The position numbers and the translations under genes were made by a program. The notes beneath the pieces are model-generated. The model was not told the DNA's origin. It was given only the letters and a program-made list of their open reading frames with translations, and did no database searches. Of a DNA stretch of 64,000 nucleotides, positions 9,685 to 19,542 are shown in pieces (within the stretch, counting starts at the first letter, position 1; every line of letters begins with the position of its first letter). The stretch is taken from NCBI GenBank assembly GCA_947501605.1, contig CANMWZ010000003.1, positions 192,001-256,000 on the forward strand, read 5' to 3'. The DNA comes from Planctomycetota bacterium (GTDB taxonomy: Bacteria; Planctomycetota; UBA1135; UBA2386).

Positions 9685-9922
9685 GGTGGGCAGCCTCCCT
9701 GGGAGAGATTCGATCGAAAGTGGTGTCGCCCCCGGCCGCTACCGGGAAACGAAGGGCGGGACACTACGGTCCGAGGACTCGCGGATCCAATCTGCCGTGC
9801 GGCGTGGGTAGTAGGTCTGGCGTTCGTCACACGGTGACTTTTGTGCACCCCTGCGGTGGCAGGGTGCCGATCTACCCCGTTACCATGCGCCCTCGCGGTT
9901 GCAGCGAGGCCCAACGATACCT

Positions 9923-11875
9923 ATGGCCGAGAACCTACTCCTGACGCACGCAGTCCGCGCTGCCATCGTCCTCGCCAGCTCCCTTTTTGTGCCCTGTGGG
10001 CTCCCTGGCCAAGCCCCGCCGAGGGCGACCGCTACGCCGCCAGCACAGGCCCCCACCCGATCCGTTGCCGAAGTAGCACGCAGTCGCATCGGCGCCGCCG
10101 CCGTCAAGATCGACCGCTTGCTCGAGAAGGGGCTGCAACAGCGACAGTTGGCCCCGAGCGCGCTGCTCGACGACGCCGCCTTTGCCCGCCGCGCCTACCT
10201 CGACATCGCCGGCCGCAACCCGAGCCTACCGGAGATCGAAGCCGTTCTGCTGGACGCCCGTGCTGACAAACGCGCCCGGCTCGTGGACCACCTGCTGGAC
10301 TCGCCCGGCTATGTCAGCAACGAATCGAACTTCTGGTTCGATCTGTTGCGCGTGAAGTCAAGGCAGCGGCAACTCAGCGGCGAGCCGTTCGCGCATTGGA
10401 TTCGCGACAGCATCCGGACCGGGGTCCCGTACGACCAGTTCGTGGCGGCAATGGTGACCGCTACCGGTGCCGCGCACGAAGACGGCAACGGTGCCACTGG
10501 TTTCCTGCTGCGCGACATGAACATGCCGCACGATGCGATGGCGAACACTCTGCGGCTGTTCACCGGAACGCGGCTCGAGTGCGCGCAGTGCCACAACCAC
10601 CCGTTCGAGTCGTGGAAGCAGCGCGACTTCTTCGCCATGGCTGCCTTCTACGGTGGGTTGCAGTACCGCATGGAGGTCGATCGCGACACCCAACTCGCGC
10701 TGCGCAAAGAACTGCAGAACGGCGACGACCGACAAAAGCAGCAGGCGCGGCGCGCCTTGCAGACCATGACTGCCGGACTGCGCGGCAGCGGCAGCGGCCA
10801 AGAGCGTCTACCGCAAGACTACGCCTACGACGACGCAGCACCGCGAACGCCGATCGCCGCCACAACGATCTTTGGCCCCAAGGTCGAGGTGCGCCAACCA
10901 AAGACGGCGGCGTCCGCGGGCCGCACAAAGCAGGCGCGAGCGGGCACAAAGCAGGCCGACGCCGGCTCGCGACGGGTCTTTGCCGATTGGCTGACGAGCC
11001 CGAACAACGAGCGATTCTCGAGAGTCCTGGTCAACCGAACGTGGCAGCGCCTCTTTGGCCGCGGCCTCACCGACCCGGTCGACGACTACAAAGAGGACTC
11101 GAAGGCAGTCCACCCCGAACTCGAGCGCTACCTCGAGCAGCTGCTCGTGGAACTCGACTTCGACGTGCGTCAATTCCAGCGCGTCCTGCTGTCGACTCGG
11201 CTCTACCAACAGCAGTGCCTCGCTGAGGACCCACCCGTGGATGCGGCCTACGCGTTCCAAGCGCCCTTGCCGCAGCGGTTGCGCGCCGAGCAGGTCTGGG
11301 ACTCACTGGTCACGCTGGTCAACTTCGAGATCGATGCCACACTGCGCGATCCTTCAGAACGTGCCCGCGCTGTCTACGAGCGCCAAGCCAAGATGACGAG
11401 CGGTGACCCGGAAGCGATCCTCGCCGCCATCCAGCGCCGACCCGATCCGGAGGCCACCATCCGCGAACGGCTCACCCAGCTCGCCGCCGCCCGCGGCGGC
11501 AATCGAGCCAACGGTTCTCTGCTGCGCGCCAGCGATCTGGAACAACCGGCACCGCAGAGCCACCTGCTGCGACAGTTTGGTCAGTCGGACCGCGAGACGA
11601 TCGATGGCGCTACCCGCGCCGTCACCGTTCCGCAGGCCATGACCTTGATGAATGGACTGCTGGTCGCCGACGGCGCGGACGCCGCCAAGGCCATCGCAGC
11701 CCCAGAGGAGGCTCCAGCCAAGATCCGTCGTGCGTACTACGCTGTGCTGGCGCGCGATCCCAGCCCCAGAGAGGCCGCTCGATGGACTGCAGAACTCGCC
11801 GCGCGCCCCCGCGAAGCGTTGGCCGATCTGCTGTGGGTGCTGTGCAACAGCAACGAGTTTCGGAGCCGCCCATGA
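9923..11875 (+). CDS. DUF1549/DUF1553 (PSD1-type) planctomycete protein
   Basis: FARRAYLDIAGR, CAQCHNHPF, NRTWQRLFGRGL..PVDD, LRAEQVWDS, PQAMTLMN, DLLWVLCNSNEF. Confidence 0.9.
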   Translation: MAENLLLTHAVRAAIVLASSLFVPCGLPGQAPPRATATPPAQAPTRSVAEVARSRIGAAAVKIDRLLEKGLQQRQLAPSALLDDAAFARRAYLDIAGRNPSLPEIEAVLLDARADKRARLVDHLLDSPGYVSNESNFWFDLLRVKSRQRQLSGEPFAHWIRDSIRTGVPYDQFVAAMVTATGAAHEDGNGATGFLLRDMNMPHDAMANTLRLFTGTRLECAQCHNHPFESWKQRDFFAMAAFYGGLQYRMEVDRDTQLALRKELQNGDDRQKQQARRALQTMTAGLRGSGSGQERLPQDYAYDDAAPRTPIAATTIFGPKVEVRQPKTAASAGRTKQARAGTKQADAGSRRVFADWLTSPNNERFSRVLVNRTWQRLFGRGLTDPVDDYKEDSKAVHPELERYLEQLLVELDFDVRQFQRVLLSTRLYQQQCLAEDPPVDAAYAFQAPLPQRLRAEQVWDSLVTLVNFEIDATLRDPSERARAVYERQAKMTSGDPEAILAAIQRRPDPEATIRERLTQLAAARGGNRANGSLLRASDLEQPAPQSHLLRQFGQSDRETIDGATRAVTVPQAMTLMNGLLVADGADAAKAIAAPEEAPAKIRRAYYAVLARDPSPREAARWTAELAARPREALADLLWVLCNSNEFRSRP

Positions 11876-13182
11876 ACGCGCGCCGACTCCGTCAACTGGC
11901 CATCGCCGCCACTGCCGCCACGCGCCGCGACTTCGTCACCGGGATCGCCCGCTCGCTGCTGGGTCTCTCGATTGGCGGTCTGGCTCTCGGTGGCACGCGA
12001 CCACGGCTTGCGCAGCCGGTGTCGCTGCCAAACCGCAAGGCCAGGCAAGTCATCTACCTATTCTTGCGCGGCGGCATGTCGCACATCGACACGCTCGATC
12101 CCAAGCCCGGCAGCAAAACGCAGGGCCCAGTGGAAGCTCTGCGTACGCGCGCTGATGGTGTCTTGCTGGGCCAGTACTTTCCGAAGCTCGCGCAACAGGC
12201 CGACAAAGTCTGCATCGTCAGCTCGATGTCCAGCAAGCAAGGAGCCCACCCGCAGGCTCAATACCTGATGCGCACCAGCTACGAGAAGCGCGGTACCATC
12301 CAGCACCCGAGCCTCGGCGCGTGGGTCAACCGCATGGCCGGCCGTCAGAACCCGGAGCTGCCGGGCCACGTGATCCTCGGCGGCGGTGGCGACATGCCGA
12401 CAGCCGGCTTCTTCCCGCCAAGCCTCGCAGCATTGCCGATTGGTGACGCCAGCACAGGGCTGCAGAACGCCGCACTGCCTCGCTCCATCCAGGCGGCGAG
12501 GTTCGACCAGCGCCTGCGATTGCTCGCCGAGATGAACCGCGAGTTCCATAGCGCTCATCGCGAGCGCGATGCGTTTGCCCACGACGAGGCCTACGCAGCG
12601 GCGGTGCGGCTGATGCGCAGCGAAGACCTCGTGGCCTTCGACCTCGACCGCGAGCCCGAGGCCACGCGCGAGGTCTACGGCGACAACCCGTTCGGTGCCG
12701 GATGCCTGCTGGCGCGACGCCTCGTCGAGCATGGCGTTCGTTTCGTCGAGGTCGTCAGTGATGGCTTTGACACGCATGCCGACAACTTTGACCGGCTGTC
12801 GGACTTGACGCCCGCGATCGACCAGGGGCTCGCCGCGCTGCTTGCAGACCTCGATGGCCGCGGTCTGCTCGAGCAAACCCTGGTCGTGCTCGCGACCGAG
12901 TTCGGGCGCACGCCGGACATCGACCAAGACCAGGGCCGCAACCACTATCCGAAGGCCTTCAGTTGCCTACTCGCCGGGGGCGGCATCCGCGGCGGCCAAC
13001 GCTATGGGCGCACCGACGACGAAGGCCGCGAAGTCCTCGAGGCGCCGGTTTCGATCCAGGATTTCAACGCCACCATCGCCTACGCCGCTGGCGTGGCGAC
13101 CGACGAGGTGGTCATTTCGCCGAGCGGTCGACCGTTCCAAGTTGCCGACAAGGGCTACCCGCTGACCGACCTGTTTGCCTGA
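11872..13182 (+). CDS. DUF1501 family protein, putative Tat substrate
   Basis: TRRDF Tat-like motif; VIYLFLRGGMSHIDTLDPKP, CLLARRLVEHGVRFVEV, TEFGRTP, GRNHYP. Confidence 0.9.
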   Translation: MNARRLRQLAIAATAATRRDFVTGIARSLLGLSIGGLALGGTRPRLAQPVSLPNRKARQVIYLFLRGGMSHIDTLDPKPGSKTQGPVEALRTRADGVLLGQYFPKLAQQADKVCIVSSMSSKQGAHPQAQYLMRTSYEKRGTIQHPSLGAWVNRMAGRQNPELPGHVILGGGGDMPTAGFFPPSLAALPIGDASTGLQNAALPRSIQAARFDQRLRLLAEMNREFHSAHRERDAFAHDEAYAAAVRLMRSEDLVAFDLDREPEATREVYGDNPFGAGCLLARRLVEHGVRFVEVVSDGFDTHADNFDRLSDLTPAIDQGLAALLADLDGRGLLEQTLVVLATEFGRTPDIDQDQGRNHYPKAFSCLLAGGGIRGGQRYGRTDDEGREVLEAPVSIQDFNATIAYAAGVATDEVVISPSGRPFQVADKGYPLTDLFA

Positions 13183-13226
13183 AGACAACGACTGCCTGGC
13201 TCCCAACCAATCTCGCCCAACCACTC

Positions 13227-14447
13227 ATGAAACTGCTCCCCCACGCGTTGTTCGCCTTCCTGTTCTCGCTGGCGCCGATCCTCGCGCAGAACGGCGATAC
13301 GCCAGCCAAGCCAGCGGAGAAACCGGTTGAAGAGAAGCCGACACAGGAACCAGAGGTTGCACCCGACGACAGCAGCAAGCCAGCCAAGCCGCAGAAGGAC
13401 GACACCAACCCGAAGGCTGGCAACATCGACTTCGCGACGCAGATCCTGCCGATCCTCGAGAAGAACTGCGTCGAGTGCCACAAGGCGCCCTACACCGATG
13501 CCGACGGCAAGAAGAAGCGACCGAAGGGCGGCGTCATCCTCGACAGCAAAGACGGAATGACGAAGGCCAAGAAAGGCAAGCTGGTGGTCGCCAAGAAGCC
13601 GGACGACAGCCTGATCGTCCACTCCATTTCTCTGCCGGCCGACGACGAGGATCGCATGCCTCCTGCGAAGAAAGGCGATCCGCTCGCGCAGGACGACATC
13701 GACCTGATCAAGACGTGGATCGAGCAAGGCGCGGACTTCGGAACCTGGAAGGGAACTGGGGCCAAGACCGACGACAAGAGCAGCAACGATAAGGCCGAGA
13801 AGGGCAAGGCCGAGAAGGACAAGGACAGCAAGGAGTCGAAGGAGTCGGCGGATACGTCCGGCGAGAAGCCCAAGGACGACGACACAGGCAAGAAGGGCGG
13901 CGAGGATCTGGCTCTTGGCCTTGAAGCTCTGCCGGAGGCGACGCTGGCCACCTTTGCCGATCGCTTCACCGTAGAAGTGGTCGAAGTCGGGAGCCCGCTA
14001 CTGCGCGTCACGTGCTACGGCCGCGAAGCCCGCATCGACGACGCTGCGATCGCAGCGCTCGTGCCACTGTCGGCTCACGTAGCAGAGCTGGTCCTTGCCC
14101 GGACGCCGGTGACGGACGCCGCGATGACCACCATCGCGGCGATGCCGCGACTGTCGCACCTGGATCTTCGCCAGACCGCGATCACCGATGCAGGCTGCAC
14201 CAAGATCGCCAGCCTTGCCCACCTGCGCTCGCTCAATCTGCACGGTACCAAGGTTGGCGACCGCGGCTTGGCGGCGTTGTCCCAGTGCGCTTCGCTGCAG
14301 AGTCTCTACGTCTGGCAGACGCCTGTGAGCGCCGCGGCGGTCGTCGCTCTGCAGCATGCTCTGCCGACCGCGAGGGTAGTGTTCGCTGCGGATCTGCCCA
14401 GTCCGATGACGGAAGAGCAGAACCGCGGCGGCCGCGCCCGCCGCTGA
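13227..14447 (+). CDS. Secreted planctomycete cytochrome c (PSCyt1) domain + leucine-rich repeat protein
   Basis: Signal peptide; IDFATQILPILEKNCVECH...RMPP...WIEQGA; charged linker; LRRs (LSHLDLRQTAITD, LRSLNLHGTKVGD). Confidence 0.85.
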   Translation: MKLLPHALFAFLFSLAPILAQNGDTPAKPAEKPVEEKPTQEPEVAPDDSSKPAKPQKDDTNPKAGNIDFATQILPILEKNCVECHKAPYTDADGKKKRPKGGVILDSKDGMTKAKKGKLVVAKKPDDSLIVHSISLPADDEDRMPPAKKGDPLAQDDIDLIKTWIEQGADFGTWKGTGAKTDDKSSNDKAEKGKAEKDKDSKESKESADTSGEKPKDDDTGKKGGEDLALGLEALPEATLATFADRFTVEVVEVGSPLLRVTCYGREARIDDAAIAALVPLSAHVAELVLARTPVTDAAMTTIAAMPRLSHLDLRQTAITDAGCTKIASLAHLRSLNLHGTKVGDRGLAALSQCASLQSLYVWQTPVSAAAVVALQHALPTARVVFAADLPSPMTEEQNRGGRARR

Positions 14448-14465
14448 AGTCCGCTAGCCACGCAA

Positions 14466-15455
14466 TCAGCGCGTGCGAACTTCGGCAACGATCGGGCAGT
14501 TGACCACGAAGTCCGACGGACCGAAGGCCGAGCCGTCTGGCGCCGTGACGAGACCCGACTCCGCGAGATCCTCGACATCGTCGAAGGCCGTCTGACGACT
14601 GGCGAGAAGGCTCGTGCGCCACGCCGTGAGGTGCACATCCCACAGTGGGCTGTAGCGGCCTTGGTTTGGCGTCCACGCCAACACGTTCAGCGGATCCCCT
14701 TCGCCGAGCAACGCCGAGTTGAGACCCTGACGTTCCGGGTTCTGCAAACCCGTTGGTCCGTTGACAAACGCGGCGAGGCCTGCGCGCGCGGAGTTCGTGC
14801 CATCGCCACCGGCAAACGGTGCGGCGTTCAGGCGTGGAGTCAACGTGGCGCCCTCGAGTGCTGCAGCGACTTCGACAGACGCCTCGGTCGACAGGTAGAT
14901 GACCCTGTTGCCGCGAGCGAAGCCATCCGTCAGCCGTAGCCGCACGGTGCGCAGAGCCAGATCGTAGGACACCACCTTGTCGTGGATGCCGGAGTCGTTG
15001 ATGAGCTGCGGCGCATTCAGCACCGAGCCGTCCGTGAGTTGGACCAACGGGCTGTACTCCGCGTCTGCGACCGAACCGGCGTGGACTTCCAGCGGTGGGA
15101 AACCGGTGACCGGATCGCCGACGACAACGCGCTGCGGCGCGAAGTCGACCGTACCGGGCATCACCAGGACGTTGCCATCGAAACGACCTCGCTGCACCGC
15201 GTCGGTGCCGCGCGCGTTGGCCAGCTTGTTGGCGCGATTGCAGCCAAACCGATCGGCCATGCGGGAGTTCGATGCATCGATCACGAGGAACCAAACGGTC
15301 TGCGTACCAACGCGACCTTGGTGCAGCGGCATCGTTGCCGTGCCGTCCTGGTGTACGCGCACCGAGGAGAAGTAGGGGCGGACTTCATTCGTGCCGCCCT
15401 GGCCTTGCGGCAGTGCACTGAGGAGTACGGAGAAGAGGGTTGCCGACAGAGTCAT
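14466..15455 (-). CDS. Secreted hypothetical protein with two YSPL(W) modules
   Basis: 329-aa ORF with signal peptide and coding-like codon usage; YSPLVQL and YSPLWDVHL motifs. Confidence 0.75.
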   Translation of the reverse strand: MTLSATLFSVLLSALPQGQGGTNEVRPYFSSVRVHQDGTATMPLHQGRVGTQTVWFLVIDASNSRMADRFGCNRANKLANARGTDAVQRGRFDGNVLVMPGTVDFAPQRVVVGDPVTGFPPLEVHAGSVADAEYSPLVQLTDGSVLNAPQLINDSGIHDKVVSYDLALRTVRLRLTDGFARGNRVIYLSTEASVEVAAALEGATLTPRLNAAPFAGGDGTNSARAGLAAFVNGPTGLQNPERQGLNSALLGEGDPLNVLAWTPNQGRYSPLWDVHLTAWRTSLLASRQTAFDDVEDLAESGLVTAPDGSAFGPSDFVVNCPIVAEVRTR

Positions 15456-15954
15456 GATTGGTGCTGTAGGTGCGGGGTGGTTGTTCGTCGAGAATCAGGA
15501 GGTGCCGGATTACGACCCCATGCCACGGCAGTTCCGCGCGTACCCCCCCGAGCACTGGATCTGCCAATCTTGCTCGAGTCACCGCCGTTCTTCACCTGCG
15601 GCTCAACTGCCCCGGTACGGCAACACGTAAGCAACGGCACCAGGCGAAGCATGCACGGGGACATGGCGCATCACCGTCGATCCTGCAGGCCTAGCGACTC
15701 ATGGACCGCACCTGCATCGATCTGCAAACGGATCGCAGCCACTCGACCTGCGCGCTGCTGCAGAGCGTCCGGCTGCGGGTGTTCGTCCGCTTCCACCGCG
15801 AGCGCTCGGGTCGCGAGCCTGAAGGCACGCCGACGGCAAAGTCGCGGGACAGAACTCCCATTGCCTGAGATGCGCCCGTTGCCCGAGATGATGCCTCGAC
15901 TGCGAAGGCATCTGCGCAGCCCACTCTGGCTGACAGAAGGCACGCGGAAGAAAC

Positions 15955-16031
<77 letters not shown>

Positions 16032-16366
16032 ACCTAGGGCCCTTGGCCGTTGCCGACCAGAGGGCGCGGCAGGGTAGCCAAGCCTACCTCACGGGTCAAG
16101 CACGCATCGCCGCCATCCAGCCGAGGATTCCCCCGCCCCGTTGGGATCGACAGAGTGGTTTCGCGCGGCGCCGACGCAGGTGCAACTTCGTGTGCCGCCA
16201 GAGCCGGGGCATCACGCCGATGCAAATCGTGGCAGCCACAGCCACACAACCAACGTCCGCCCGTTCGAAGCACAAGGACCGGCGCCGTCTCAACACGCGA
16301 AACGCCGAGGAAAGCGAGTGCGGAGTCCCACGCAACCGAGCGCTAGGATCCTCCGCCGCCATCGTC

Positions 16367-17740
16367 ATGCGCAACCCGCTTCTCGTCCCCGAGGTCCGTG
16401 AACTGCTGCTCGAAGGCAAGCGGGAGGACCTTGTCTCGGTGCTCAGCGAGATGCACCCGTCGGACGCCGCCGCGACGATGAATGCTCTGGAGCCGGCCGA
16501 GGTGGCGACGCTGATGGCGTTGCTGCCAGTCGAGCTCGAACGCGACGTCTTCGGCTACCTCGACCCCGATGTGCAAGAGGAGTTCGTCGCCGGCGGCGGG
16601 CGCGACTCGGTCAAGAACGTCCTGCTGTCGATGTTCAGCGACGACCGCGCCGAGTTCGTCGACCGCCTCGAAGAGCGCGTGCGGCAGAAGATCTGGCCGC
16701 TGCTGTCCAACGCGGCTCGAGAGGACTTGCTGCACCGCAGCGCCTTTCGCGAAGACCAGGTCGGCTCGTTCCTGAGCACCGACTACGCCGTGCTGAGCCC
16801 GCAGTTGTCCGCCCGCTCTGCCATCGCCGAGCTCCGCCGACAAGCGCCCAGCAAGGAGACGATCTACTACAGCTATGTCGTCGACCGACTCGGCCGACTC
16901 GTTGGGTTCTTGTCGCTACGCGACCTCATCCTCGCCAAGGACGATCAGACGGTCGCCGAGATGATGCGTACGGAAATCGTCTCGACGAGCCCCGAAGCGG
17001 ATCAGGAAGAGGCCGCACGACTGATTCGCGACTACGACCTGATTGCGCTGCCCGTCGTCGATTCCGAACAGCGATTGATCGGCATCGTCACGCACGACGA
17101 CGCTGTCGACATCGTCGAGGAAGAGGCCGAAGAGGACTTCGCCAAGATGGCCGGCATGACCGGCGAGAGTGAAGGCGAGACCTATCTCGACGAGCCGGTG
17201 CTCCGCCAAGTCCGCCGCCGGGCGCCAGTCATCTGCATCCTCGCGATGTTCTGGCTCGTGACGGGATCGGTGATCCGTGGCTTCGAGCACCAACTGCACG
17301 GGGACACGCTGCTGTTGGTGTTGATGCCAATGGTGATGGCCATCGGGGGCATGGTCGGCAGCCAGGCGAGCACGCTGATCGTCCGCGCAGTCTCCTCTGG
17401 TGGCCTCGCCGGCTCGCTTTGGCTCGTGCTCTGGAAAGAACTGCGCGTGAGCCTCCTGCTCGCCGCCATCCTCTCGTGCATCGCGTTCGCAAACGCGTGG
17501 CTGCTGCAGCACTTCACCGGCGCCCAAGAACCCGTGCAGCTGACGTCGCACGTGGCAATCGTCATCGCCATCGCCATGTCAGCCACCGTGTTGCTAGCGG
17601 CGCTACTCGGGGCCACGACGCCCTACTTCGTCAAGGTGCTGCGGATCGACCCTGCGTTGATCAGTACCCCGGCGGTGACAGCGCTGACCGATCTCACGGG
17701 CGCTGCCATCTACCTTCTGGTCGTCACGGTGATGATCTGA
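16367..17740 (+). CDS. mgtE: Magnesium transporter
   Basis: MgtE N-domain, CBS pair (ETIYYSYVVD, DYDLIALPVVD), GGMVGSQAS and IDPALISTPAVTALTD. Confidence 0.93.
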   Translation: MRNPLLVPEVRELLLEGKREDLVSVLSEMHPSDAAATMNALEPAEVATLMALLPVELERDVFGYLDPDVQEEFVAGGGRDSVKNVLLSMFSDDRAEFVDRLEERVRQKIWPLLSNAAREDLLHRSAFREDQVGSFLSTDYAVLSPQLSARSAIAELRRQAPSKETIYYSYVVDRLGRLVGFLSLRDLILAKDDQTVAEMMRTEIVSTSPEADQEEAARLIRDYDLIALPVVDSEQRLIGIVTHDDAVDIVEEEAEEDFAKMAGMTGESEGETYLDEPVLRQVRRRAPVICILAMFWLVTGSVIRGFEHQLHGDTLLLVLMPMVMAIGGMVGSQASTLIVRAVSSGGLAGSLWLVLWKELRVSLLLAAILSCIAFANAWLLQHFTGAQEPVQLTSHVAIVIAIAMSATVLLAALLGATTPYFVKVLRIDPALISTPAVTALTDLTGAAIYLLVVTVMI

Positions 17741-17795
17741 CCTGCCTTCTGGCGATAGTGAACCCCTCCTGGGATCCCCTTCTCGCGAAGTTCGC

Positions 17796-19448
17796 TCAGG
17801 GCTCGATCGACAGCGGCGCGTCCTCATTGGGCTGGTCCTTGCCCGACGCGATCAACTGGCGCAGATGCACGCGGAACTCACCGCGCTCCTCCGGCTCGGC
17901 CTCACGCCAGCGACCTTGCTGACGCCGGCGATCGATGGCCGATCCCTGTAGCACCACGGAAGTCACGTGGCGCGCCTGGGGCGTGAACACATGCACGCGG
18001 CCCTTCTGGCCAACGACGACGATCGTCGCCTTCTCGGTATCCCAAAGGATGGCCTGGTCGTGCACTTCGCTCGCATCCGGATACGCACGTGGCGTCGGTC
18101 GCTGCCCTTCCTCGCTTCGCGCGACGGCATGCTGGGTTCGGCGCGCCGTGCTGCGCACGCGCCCCGACAGCTTCTGAGCCAAGTCCTGCAGCAACGGCAG
18201 TACGAAGGCTTCGTCGTCGACGGAGCCGCCCCTTTCCTTGCCTTGCAGGCGTAGCGATTCGGAATCGAGGTGGTGCTGGAAGCGGGACAAGATGTTGAGC
18301 ACACCTGGATCCGCCAAGTCCATCAGATCGACTTTGCCAACCGAATGCAGGCGCAGGCGGGGCTTGCCTTCGATGGTCTTGCCGCGCAGCAGCTGGAAGC
18401 TGAAGGCGCACTTCTGCTCGGCGCCGAGGACTCGGAAGAGGCCTGCGTCGACTTGGCCGAGGATCTTGTAGACCGCGGACTCGCCGCCAAACTCGGCCAA
18501 CTGCTGCGTGCGCAGCACACGGCCCATCGACACATGCGTGAGCACCATGTCGTTGCCCGCAAGGAGCACGTCGATGCCCGGATCCTTGCGTTCGATCGCC
18601 ATCGTGACGAAGTCGCCCCACACGGGTCGACCCGTCGAGTTGTAGCCCTCGAACACTTGGCGCGCTTCCGCGGGGCGACAGTGCTCCACGGTCGCGCTCT
18701 CGTTGAAGTAGCAGAACACTGCGCCTGGCTGCAGCGCGCGTTCGTGCTCGCGCACTTCGCGTAGACGCTGGAGGATCTGCTCCATGGCCGCAGAAGCTGC
18801 AGCGCGCGCATCGGCGCGATCATCGAGCGGAATGCGCAAGTTGAGTTCGAGCCAGCGCGGCACGCTGAACGGATCGACACCTTCGACGCGGAGCAACGCC
18901 TGCGCCATCTGACTCAGCGCCTTCACCGCGAACAGGGCGCTGTGCTCGTGGCTGTTGCGACCATCACGACCGTAGTCGCGGCCCCGGTCACGCGGGTGCT
19001 CACGACCGCGGTCGCGGCTCTGCTCTCGATCGCCACGCCGCTCGGACCGTCCTTGCGGACCACCTTCTCGCCGCTGCTGCCGATCCCGCGGAACTCGCGC
19101 CGCACCTGCAGCGGCCCCAGTTGGTGGAGTGACACCATCAAGCGGCGCGATCGCGCCGTCTGCAGGCGGGATCGAACCATCGCCGATCGACCCGTCATCG
19201 GCACCGCGACGCTTCCGCCGACGCCGACGCTTGCGCTTGCCTTCGCCCAAACCACCCTGACCGGGAGGGCCGTCGCCCTGGTCCGATTCGCCCCTCTCCG
19301 GGCCGGTATCGCCCGCGGCATCGTGCTCGCGTTCGCCAAGCGCCTCCCCACCGTCGCCAGCAGTTGAGGCAGCGGCCGAGGGGCGCGGTTCGGCCATTGG
19401 CGGGCCGCTATCGTTCGAAGCGGGAACGTCGGTCGGTTCTGGGTCCAT
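17796..19448 (-). CDS. Hypothetical protein with an Arg-rich disordered N-terminus
   Basis: ~550-aa ORF filling the gap between mgtE and cbs; KRKRRRRRKRR and RDRGR repeats, then a globular-looking region; start uncertain. Confidence 0.7.
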   Translation of the reverse strand: MDPEPTDVPASNDSGPPMAEPRPSAAASTAGDGGEALGEREHDAAGDTGPERGESDQGDGPPGQGGLGEGKRKRRRRRKRRGADDGSIGDGSIPPADGAIAPLDGVTPPTGAAAGAARVPRDRQQRREGGPQGRSERRGDREQSRDRGREHPRDRGRDYGRDGRNSHEHSALFAVKALSQMAQALLRVEGVDPFSVPRWLELNLRIPLDDRADARAAASAAMEQILQRLREVREHERALQPGAVFCYFNESATVEHCRPAEARQVFEGYNSTGRPVWGDFVTMAIERKDPGIDVLLAGNDMVLTHVSMGRVLRTQQLAEFGGESAVYKILGQVDAGLFRVLGAEQKCAFSFQLLRGKTIEGKPRLRLHSVGKVDLMDLADPGVLNILSRFQHHLDSESLRLQGKERGGSVDDEAFVLPLLQDLAQKLSGRVRSTARRTQHAVARSEEGQRPTPRAYPDASEVHDQAILWDTEKATIVVVGQKGRVHVFTPQARHVTSVVLQGSAIDRRRQQGRWREAEPEERGEFRVHLRQLIASGKDQPNEDAPLSIEP

Positions 19449-19542
19449 CACGGGGGGACCACCATCCGAGGCGGCGGAGCCGCCAGCAAGAGCCAGCGCG
19501 CATTTCCTTTCGCCGCCCTCGCCTGCTTGAATCGGCTGACCC

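Noticed and set aside
8095..9837. 580-aa antisense ORF over GSIII
   Set aside because: Shadow frame of a GC-biased conserved gene, with no recognisable motifs
9843..9868. NtrC-like site or sigma54 promoter for GSIII (TGCACCCCTGCGGTGGC)
   Set aside because: Only a partial match to TGCACY-N5-RGTGCA, and no correctly spaced -24/-12 element was found toward the gene
16032..16366. M-box riboswitch or Pro-rich leader peptide upstream of mgtE
   Set aside because: No recognisable M-box core or short Pro-rich ORF; an Rfam scan would be needed to exclude it fully
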